From the IMG/VR virus record IMGVR_UViG_3300045988_027578: a stretch of DNA of 57,547 bases, one strand, 5' to 3'. The position numbers and the translations under genes were made by a program. The stretch is from a virus. How positions within the stretch are numbered: position 1 is the stretch's first letter; the number at the start of each line of letters is the position of its first letter. This document shows, piece by piece, positions 19,034 to 25,053 of this stretch. The notes beneath the pieces are model-generated. The model was not told the origin of the DNA. It saw only the letters and a list, made by a program, of their open reading frames with translations, and ran no database searches.

Positions 19034-19075
19034 TGCTTGCAGCTGGAATCGAACCAACCAGAACCCACAGCAAGC
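19034..19075 (-). ncRNA. tRNA-like acceptor/T-arm minihelix 1
   Basis: Minus strand reads GCUUGCU-guggguucug-GUUGG-UUCGAUU-CCAGC-UGCAAGC-A. Confidence 0.5.
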
Positions 19076-19101
19076 AAAAAGGGCGCAGATTGTACGCCCT
19101 T
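19076..19101 (-). terminator. rho-independent terminator of 19112..19381
   Basis: Minus strand: AAGGGCG-9 nt-CGCCCTT followed by TTTTT. Confidence 0.75.
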
Positions 19102-19111
19102 AATCAAGTTA

Positions 19112-19381
19112 TTAATTGTTAAATTCATAAAATAGACCACTTTTATTATAACAAGTTGTAAGTCTTTTTAAGCCATAAAAAATATCATAGTTACAATCAA
19201 AAACAGCTTGCAGACCTGCGTATATAATTACGCTTCGCCCATTATCCCAGAAAGAAAAATCTGCTATTTTTTCAAGCTCCAAGATTTTAGCCACCTTTTT
19301 TCCATAGATAAATATAAATTTTTCTAAATTTCCGCGGATTTCTCCAGCTGTTAAAGTGTTTAATTTTTCGTATATTGTCAT
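19112..19381 (-). CDS. hypothetical protein (89 aa)
   Basis: Start trimmed to MTIYEKLN after GGAGG; the upstream part of the track ORF is a terminator hairpin. Confidence 0.6.
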   Translation of the reverse strand: MTIYEKLNTLTAGEIRGNLEKFIFIYGKKVAKILELEKIADFSFWDNGRSVIIYAGLQAVFDCNYDIFYGLKRLTTCYNKSGLFYEFNN

Positions 19382-19420
19382 ATCGCAGACCTCCATATTC
19401 TTAATATTATCCCTTACAGG

Positions 19421-19465
19421 AAAAACCGCCGCCGGCATCGGTCCGGCTGGCATCCTCTGCGGCGG
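19421..19465 (-). terminator. GC-rich rho-independent terminator
   Basis: Minus strand: CCGCCGC...GCGGCGG with an inner GCCGG/CCGGC stem, then TTTTT. Confidence 0.75.
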
Positions 19466-19639
19466 TTAATTTGCTTTTACTTCTGCTCTTAAAATCTCAA
19501 TAGCTTCTTGTGTTGTGTGTTCCCTGTACCATTTCCAAGGCTTCTTGTATGCCTTCGCAAGTGCAAAATCTTCGTGTTTTTCTGTCAAAATGCGTCTAAC
19601 TTCTAAAAATGCCTTTTTTGCTTCTTCTAATCTGTTCAT
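19466..19639 (-). CDS. small protein (57 aa, below the ORF-track cutoff)
   Basis: Hand-translated MNRLEEAKKAFLEVRRILTEKHEDFALAKAYKKPWKWYREHTTQEAIEILRAEVKAN; RBS AAAGGTAAAAAA. Confidence 0.5.
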   Translation of the reverse strand: MNRLEEAKKAFLEVRRILTEKHEDFALAKAYKKPWKWYREHTTQEAIEILRAEVKAN

Positions 19640-19677
19640 AATTTTTTACCTTTCTTTATTTATTCCCTTGTGGGTAA

Positions 19678-19719
19678 AAGCAAGCCGGGGAATCGAACCC
19701 CGGAAGTGCCAACCTTGCT
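19678..19719 (-). ncRNA. tRNA-like acceptor/T-arm minihelix 2
   Basis: Minus strand reads AGCAAG-guuggcacuu-CCGGGG-UUCGAUU-CCCCGG-CUUGCU-U, starting 1 nt after the stop of the upstream gene. Confidence 0.55.
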
Positions 19720-19720
19720 A

Positions 19721-19966
19721 TTATATTGCTTCTTTTTCTTTGCTAATTTCTGCCGCAATTATTCCCTGCTCAATAAAATATCGTAATGCACTATCGCCGA
19801 AGCGTTGTATATAATATTCTGCAAGCTCCGAAGTACTAAAAGTGTCTAATGCTGTGCCGACATCGCTATAAATACCGCTGTATGTTTTAGCTCTGTTTGC
19901 TAGTGCTTTATCAATAGGGCTTTTTGGCTCTTCCTCTTTAACTCCTACAAGCCTATCAGCTCGCAT
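19721..19966 (-). CDS. hypothetical protein; in frame with 20087..20419 across a single TAA
   Basis: No RBS before ATG 19966. The 120 nt upstream are open and in frame up to the TAA at 20087-20089. Confidence 0.5.
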   Translation of the reverse strand: MRADRLVGVKEEEPKSPIDKALANRAKTYSGIYSDVGTALDTFSTSELAEYYIQRFGDSALRYFIEQGIIAAEISKEKEAI

Positions 19967-20086
19967 TGTTCTAGCGTGTTCGTTTCCGCTTTCGTCGGAA
20001 ATAATAACGCATTTAACGCTTTTTCCGCTCTTTGTTGGCTCTACGCTTTTAATTGTGGAAGTGTAACCAAGGTGGAGCGTTTCGAC

Positions 20087-20419
20087 TTAATCATAATAAA
20101 AGCTATCTATAGCGGTTTGGGTGGTTCCTTTAACAACTATAGTCATCAAATGGCTAAAGCTATCAAGTGCTAATCCGTATGGCTCTAAGTCTTTGCTTAA
20201 TTTATAAATTCTCCTGTCACAGCTTTCGGAAAGTTCTTTTGTGCTTCTTCTGTTGCAAGTTTTTTCATCGTTTTCTAAATATGAAAGCCTGTCAAGGTCT
20301 GCGTTCAATCTGTAAAAGCGGTTCATTAAATGTTTTGCAATTTCATATTTGATGTTATAAGTCTCCGTTGCCATTCTCAACTCTTTTTCTCTCTTTTCTG
20401 CAATTGTTAATTTTCTCAT
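20087..20419 (-). CDS. hypothetical protein (110 aa), first gene of the leftward cassette
   Basis: ORF track. Its promoter lies in the operator region: minus-strand TTGACA at 20555-20550 and TAGTAT at 20532-20527. Confidence 0.6.
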   Translation of the reverse strand: MRKLTIAEKREKELRMATETYNIKYEIAKHLMNRFYRLNADLDRLSYLENDEKTCNRRSTKELSESCDRRIYKLSKDLEPYGLALDSFSHLMTIVVKGTTQTAIDSFYYD

Positions 20420-20459
20420 AATTCTTGTACCTTTTCGCCGATTGTGATATAATCGGCTT

Positions 20460-20514
20460 ACCTTTCTTTTTGATTGGTGGCGGTTCGTTCTTGGTAGGAG
20501 TGACCGCCTTTTTT
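20460..20514 (+). ncRNA. candidate ~55-nt antisense sRNA
   Basis: Promoter TTGTAC (20425-30), 17-nt spacer, TATAAT (20448-53). Hairpin GGCGGT/ACCGCC (20479-20508) followed by TTTTTT. Antisense to the leader of 20087..20419. Confidence 0.35.
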
Positions 20515-20531
20515 ATTTGTAACCTAATACT

Positions 20532-20571
20532 AACACCTTTTAAGGTGTATGTCAACACCTTTTAAGATGTT
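20532..20571. promoter_or_regulatory. two palindromic operators AACACCTTTTAAGGTGT and AACACCTTTTAAGATGTT
   Basis: The perfect inverted repeat ACACCTT/AAGGTGT lies in the spacer of the leftward promoter. A third copy is at 20882-20899. Confidence 0.6.
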
Positions 20572-20651
20572 TTTAAATTTTGTTTTTAAGTGTTGCAAAA
20601 CTGCAATATTTTATATATAATAGTAAAAACAAAACAGAAAGGAGCTTGTAA

Positions 20652-20879
20652 ATGATTACATATAAAATAGATGTATTAAAAGAGCTGGCACAGCGTGGCT
20701 ACACCGCTAACAGAATGAGGAAAGAGAAGATATTAAGTGAAAGCACAATGCAGAATCTAAGAAACAGGAGTGACATTAATACAAAAACTTTAAATACATT
20801 ATGTATTATATTAAGATGCCAGCCAAACGACATTTTAGAGATAGTACCAACCAACGACGAAAAAATAAAATATTTTTAA
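20652..20879 (+). CDS. XRE/Cro-type HTH regulator
   Basis: Promoter TTGCAA-17-TATAAT at 20593-20621; RBS AAAGGAG; HTH ...LSESTMQNLRNRSDINTKTLNTLCIIL. Confidence 0.7.
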   Translation: MITYKIDVLKELAQRGYTANRMRKEKILSESTMQNLRNRSDINTKTLNTLCIILRCQPNDILEIVPTNDEKIKYF

Positions 20880-20881
20880 AT

Positions 20882-20899
20882 AACACTAAAAAGGGTGTT
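20882..20899. promoter_or_regulatory. third operator copy AACACTAAAAAGGGTGTT, overlapping the -35 TTGACA
   Basis: AACAC-N8-GTGTT overlapping TTGACA (20898-20903), then 17 nt, then TATACT. Confidence 0.5.
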
Positions 20900-20975
20900 G
20901 ACAATGTAACACTATTGGTATATACTTAAGATACATTAAAAGAAAGGACAGCCAAAAGGCTGGAAGGTGGAAAAG

Positions 20976-21170
20976 ATGAAAACAATTGAATTATTAAACA
21001 AGGTTGTCAAACTTGGATTTGACAGAGGAAAGGCACTTGTAGACATAGACGCAAGCCTTGACGAAATAATCGGAGCAGAGAACAGAAAGCCAATCGCAGA
21101 AGAAGAAATAAGCGAAGAGCTGGCAAGCGATATTTTATTAGGCTTTGAATGTGAAAAGGAAAATAATTAG
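20976..21170 (+). CDS. hypothetical acidic protein
   Basis: ATG 20976 after GGAAGGTGG. Confidence 0.55.
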   Translation: MKTIELLNKVVKLGFDRGKALVDIDASLDEIIGAENRKPIAEEEISEELASDILLGFECEKENN

Positions 21171-21191
21171 AAAGGTTAAAAGGTGAACGAT

Positions 21192-21527
21192 ATGAGATAT
21201 TTAACAGTTAAAAGAAACAAGAATGGAGAACCTAATAAAACAGATATGAAGAGCCTTGCAAAGTTCTTCACAAATGAAAATGTGGGAAAATATGCAGATT
21301 ATGACAGTTATTTATTTGCTGTCGAAGAAACAAGAAACGCTGGTAAAGAATTTGCCGGATATACATTTAAAATAGCTACAAAGGCGGAGAAGTCCGGCGG
21401 ATGCGATTACTATTTCGGTGAAGTTCTTGATACTGGGGATAAAGTTGTTATATCCACAGAAAACGAGTATAAGAGCTTAGATTGGGCATATAACAAAGCT
21501 CTGGAGATAATTAAAAAAGAGTTCTAA
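21192..21527 (+). CDS. hypothetical protein
   Basis: ATG 21192 after AAAGGTGA. Confidence 0.55.
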   Translation: MRYLTVKRNKNGEPNKTDMKSLAKFFTNENVGKYADYDSYLFAVEETRNAGKEFAGYTFKIATKAEKSGGCDYYFGEVLDTGDKVVISTENEYKSLDWAYNKALEIIKKEF

Positions 21528-21550
21528 AATCGGATAGATAGAATGAAAAA

Positions 21551-21578
21551 AAGGGGAGCTTAACGTTCCCCTTTTTTT
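21551..21578 (+). terminator. rho-independent terminator
   Basis: AAGGGGA-9 nt-TCCCCTT followed by a T-run. Confidence 0.8.
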
Positions 21579-21603
21579 CTACGCCGCACGTTACTATTTA
21601 AGA

Positions 21604-21675
21604 AATACAAAAACGTATATTTCAATACATCTAATGTTATTGTTTATAAATACAAAATAGCATATTTCAATACAT
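21604..21675 (+). repeat. two 27-bp direct repeats AATACAAAA-N4-ATATTTCAATACAT, 45 bp apart, upstream of terS
   Basis: 21604-21630 and 21649-21675, identical except for the 4-nt centre. Confidence 0.8.
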
Positions 21676-21890
21676 TTTTGTTACTGTTTATGTTTAACAT
21701 AATAAACAGTTTTTTATATTATGTCAAGCCCAAAAATAAAATTGACTTTATAATATATTTATGCTATATTATTTTAATAATTAAATATATAAGATTCACA
21801 CCCGATAATTATATAATAGTTATTGGGTTATTTTTATGTTATTAGTATATAATTAATTAGCTGGATAAGCTCCAGCAGAAAGGGGAATAT

Positions 21891-22604
21891 ATGGAGAAAC
21901 TACAGGAAACGGCAGACAGCGAAGAGATTTTTGAAAATGAAATCGATATGTATTTTAAAAGATTTTGTGCGGAAGAAAACATTGAGGACATGGCAGAAGC
22001 TCCGCAATCTCTCTTTTATGCTGCCTTAATTTATGTATATAATAATACCTTTAAGGGTACTAATAGATTAAAATTAAAGGGTAAATTACAGGGATATAAT
22101 AATAATAATTATAATAATCAATATAGTAATATAAATAACAGTAATTGTAATAGTTATAATTATGAGTATCTTAATTATATAGCAGACTATTATATATATA
22201 TGTGTTATAAGTATAATAAAATATGTACTATATCAGGATATTGTAAATTAACTGGTATAAATGAAGTAGTTATATATAATTGGGCTAATGAACGAACAAA
22301 GGCGGATAGACTAAGTACATCGGCTTATGATTTGTGGGAAAAATTGTCAAAAGATTATGAATCTAGCGGGGAAGCACGGCTCTGGTCCGGTAAGAACCCA
22401 GTCGGACAGCTGGCTGTAATGAATCGCCGCTTTGGTTGGAATCTTCCAGGCGTGAGCAGAGAAAGCACCACGAAAGTCATTAAGACAGCCGCAGACCTTC
22501 CGCAGCTTGGCACATCCAGAAACGCTCAAGGCTCTAATGTTCGTCAAATTGCACAACAAGAAAACATTGTGCAAGATGTACAAGAAATCCCACAAAGCCA
22601 GTAA
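21891..22604 (+). CDS. terS: putative terminase small subunit with an internal Asn/Tyr-rich AT-rich insert
   Basis: CTISGYCKLTGINEVVIYNW (HTH) and GKNPVGQLAVMNRRFGWNLP resemble TerS families. Confidence 0.55.
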   Translation: MEKLQETADSEEIFENEIDMYFKRFCAEENIEDMAEAPQSLFYAALIYVYNNTFKGTNRLKLKGKLQGYNNNNYNNQYSNINNSNCNSYNYEYLNYIADYYIYMCYKYNKICTISGYCKLTGINEVVIYNWANERTKADRLSTSAYDLWEKLSKDYESSGEARLWSGKNPVGQLAVMNRRFGWNLPGVSRESTTKVIKTAADLPQLGTSRNAQGSNVRQIAQQENIVQDVQEIPQSQ

Positions 22605-22726
22605 ACAAGCGGATTACAGCCATTTGGCTTACAATAACATGACTTCGCTAAAGTTGAGTTTAGCGAAGTGATAAAATAGAACATTTGAGCGACAAAAACA
22701 CGATAAAGCCAGTAAACAAGCGGATT
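22594..22726 (+). repeat. 22-bp direct repeat AAAGCCAGTAAACAAGCGGATT; the first copy spans the terS stop codon
   Basis: Copies at 22594-22615 and 22705-22726. An 11-bp-stem hairpin lies at 22642-22669 between them. Confidence 0.8.
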
Positions 22727-23136
22727 GACAGCGATTGCATGATAATTATTCATTGCGCAATGGCTCCGCTCTGGCTGATTTCATTGTGTAAAATGTATAA
22801 CGCATGGCGTGGGGGTTATTAGTTTTCAGATTTTCGCCCCAACTAAGTCGCTCAAATATTCTCAAAAATAAAAAGGCTTATTATATATATTTATATATAC
22901 ATAACCAACCAATAATAATTTATTAAACTATATACAATAACCATTATATTTATTAATATATAGCTTTGATAATAACTCACATAATATAATCAATAAATCT
23001 ACTGTACAAATTCTATAGATAGGTGTATAATAGACACAGTTAATTTAATTCTAATGATTTTATAAACACACATCAGATACCGGTTATTCAATCGGGCTAT
23101 TTCCAAAAATTTTTTAAATGTAAAAAGGGGTTAGAA

Positions 23137-23544
23137 ATGCAGGGCGACAAGTATCAAGCTTTGGCTATGGCTATGCGTACTAACGATAAAAAGTCTACAG
23201 ATAGGCTTGAGAAAAAGATTGATGATTTAAAGATAGGCAATCGTGGTGAAGATACACCAAGAATTGAGCTAGGTGGTGTTATCAATGCTGCACTAGGTTT
23301 ATCTGGTGAAGTTGGAGAGCTTAATGATATGCTTAAGAAATGGATTTTTCATGAAAAGCAGTTAGATGCTGAACATTTAAAGCGTGAAATCAGCGATGTA
23401 TGTTGGTATTTGGCTTTAATGTGCGATTCATTTGAGTTTAATCTTGATGAAATTATGCAGATTAATATTGATAAGCTGAAAGTAAGATATCCAGAGGGAT
23501 TTGATACTTACAGAGCCAATCATAGACAGGCGGGTGATGTTTAA
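23137..23544 (+). CDS. MazG-like nucleotide pyrophosphohydrolase
   Basis: GLSGEVGELNDMLKKWIFH...EISDVCWYLALM...NIDKLKVRYPEGF. Confidence 0.8.
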   Translation: MQGDKYQALAMAMRTNDKKSTDRLEKKIDDLKIGNRGEDTPRIELGGVINAALGLSGEVGELNDMLKKWIFHEKQLDAEHLKREISDVCWYLALMCDSFEFNLDEIMQINIDKLKVRYPEGFDTYRANHRQAGDV

Positions 23545-23912
23545 TGGGAAATGCTGAAAATAATGGATTTTGCGTTAATTGTATAAACAAATCATTACTA
23601 TTTAGCGTAGAACCGTGTAAAAGCTGCATTAATAACGGCGGTAAGGGATATAACTTTACTCCACTCAAAGATGTTGCACCTAGCGTCAATGAAAAGTCGG
23701 TAAACGACAATGTTAATCATCCGAGCCATTATGAGACTGGCAGCTTTGAATGTATAGATGTTATGTTGGAAACACAGGGTAAGGAAGCCGTTAAGAACTT
23801 TTGCTTATGCAATGCCTTTAAGTACATTTACAGACATAATAACAAGAATGGCTTAGAGGATATTAAAAAAGCTAAGTGGTACATTGACAAATACATAGAA
23901 TTGTCAGAATAG
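23544..23912 (+). CDS. DUF3310-like phage protein
   Basis: HPSHYETGSFECIDVM...CNAFKYIYRHNNKNGLEDIKKAKWYI. Confidence 0.7.
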   Translation: MGNAENNGFCVNCINKSLLFSVEPCKSCINNGGKGYNFTPLKDVAPSVNEKSVNDNVNHPSHYETGSFECIDVMLETQGKEAVKNFCLCNAFKYIYRHNNKNGLEDIKKAKWYIDKYIELSE

Positions 23913-23996
23913 TCGTGTCAGTCAATGAAAGTATAATGGTTGCAAAGGATAGTACACTGCGACTTGTGGCGAATGCATACTGGGAATAGCCACTAT

Positions 23997-24068
23997 TGCC
24001 CTTTAGTATAATGGCTAATACACAGGATTTTGATTTCTGTAATATGGGTTCGATTCCCATAAGGGTAG
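23997..24068 (+). tRNA. tRNA-Gln (anticodon UUG)
   Basis: Hand-folded cloverleaf: acceptor TGCCCTT/AAGGGTA (U1-A72), D stem GTAT/ATAC, anticodon stem CAGGA/TTCTG, loop TTTTGAT, T arm ATGGG-TTCGATT-CCCAT. Confidence 0.85.
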
Positions 24069-24318
24069 TTTATTTTTCTTTTTATTCGTTTGGCTGTTCA
24101 TTATTGTGTTTTTGCATTTTACACAGAACAGTCCTCCTTTCATATACCTCTTTGGATTTTGTTCAGTTAAAAGCGGTGCAAGACCGCTTGAGAGGGTTTG
24201 GCGTGTATATACATAGCCATGTGAAAATCAGCTTATCAAGAAGCACTCCTTATCAAAACACCCCTAATATTTTATTGTTTCTGTTCTTGTTTCTTGATAG
24301 CCGTTATAGGCGGTATTT

Positions 24319-24405
24319 GCAGATATGGTGTAATGGTATCACAAGAGATTGCTAATCTCTCTAACGAGTAAAATCGTTATGCAGGTCCGATTCCTGCTAT
24401 CTGCG
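24319..24405 (+). tRNA. tRNA-Ser (anticodon GCU), class II with a long variable arm
   Basis: Acceptor GCAGATA/TATCTGC, anticodon stem AGAGA/TCTCT, loop TTGCTAA, variable arm AACGA/TCGTT, T arm GCAGG-TCCGATT-CCTGC. Confidence 0.85.
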
Positions 24406-24476
24406 CTAAAATCCTTTTTCAAGTCTGCGTGCGTAAGCTGGTAGCAGACTAATACTAGTTAGAATAGGGTTTTGGT

Positions 24477-24607
24477 TCTGACAACATAGTGTGAGATAGG
24501 TTCAATTCCTATTACAGTCGGTGTACCCTTGGAGATGCGGTTCTTCGAGGTGTGAGGTTCGATTCCTTAACTGGGTGGTGAGTATGGTGCAAGTCCATAT
24601 GTCAGAT
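24477..24607 (+). ncRNA. non-canonical 131-nt tRNA-like RNA
   Basis: Perfect 7-bp closing stem TCTGACA/TGTCAGA next to T arm TATGG-TGCAAGT-CCATA. It encloses two further T-arm hairpins (TTCAATT, TTCGATT loops) and a 7-bp hairpin. Confidence 0.35.
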
Positions 24608-24634
24608 TAACAGCAAACTAGGTTAGCTACCGAA

Positions 24635-24663
24635 AAGCAGACCACGACTGCTTGTTTGTTGTT
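24635..24663 (+). terminator. rho-independent terminator ending the tRNA cluster
   Basis: AAGCAG-accacga-CTGCTT followed by GTTTGTTGTT. Confidence 0.65.
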
Positions 24664-24706
24664 ATATCTAAAATCGTGGAAATTATCATTCGTGGAGGTA
24701 AATAAA

Positions 24707-24943
24707 ATGGCAAAGTTGATTAAGCATCGTTCAATCGGAAAAATAAGAATGGAACTTGCGGATTATGTGCTGAATTGCACAGATGATGAATTGTACGAGC
24801 TTTGCGGTGCTGTTTCAGAGCTTGAAGGTGTAACATCTTGGTCTTGTGATGAATGCCAAAAACGATTTAAACCAGATTGTAGCTTTGATAGCGATGATTC
24901 AAGATGCAAGAAGCATTTCTTTGAGATGAATAAGCCGGAATAA
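24707..24943 (+). CDS. hypothetical protein
   Basis: ATG 24707 after GGAGG. Confidence 0.55.
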   Translation: MAKLIKHRSIGKIRMELADYVLNCTDDELYELCGAVSELEGVTSWSCDECQKRFKPDCSFDSDDSRCKKHFFEMNKPE

Positions 24944-25053
24944 TATTGGTAAAATCAGTTGCCTAGTGATTGCAACACGAAAAGAGTAACCTACGAACTC
25001 CTGGCAACTGTTTTTATATAAATCGTAGGGTTATCTATCGTAGGAGGTAATTT

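Noticed and set aside
20087-20089. Genome-wide stop-codon reassignment (alternative genetic code), prompted by the in-frame TAA.
   Set aside because: TAA, TAG and TGA all terminate well-formed genes that are followed by RBS-ATG of the next gene throughout the window. There is only this one isolated in-frame stop.
20355-20558. A 67-aa Lys-rich minus-strand ORF.
   Set aside because: It lies across the promoter, operator and hairpin region upstream of the real cassette gene. It has no RBS and low-complexity composition.
23996-24355. A 119-aa plus-strand ORF in the tRNA region.
   Set aside because: It overlaps both hand-folded tRNAs (Gln, Ser) and the structured spacer. It has odd composition and no RBS.
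24496-24577. Calling the two GGTTCAATTCC / GGTTCGATTCC hairpins as additional standard tRNA genes.
   Set aside because: I could not find a 7-bp acceptor stem, D arm or 5-bp/7-nt anticodon arm at tRNA spacing. They are reported only as part of a tRNA-like RNA candidate.
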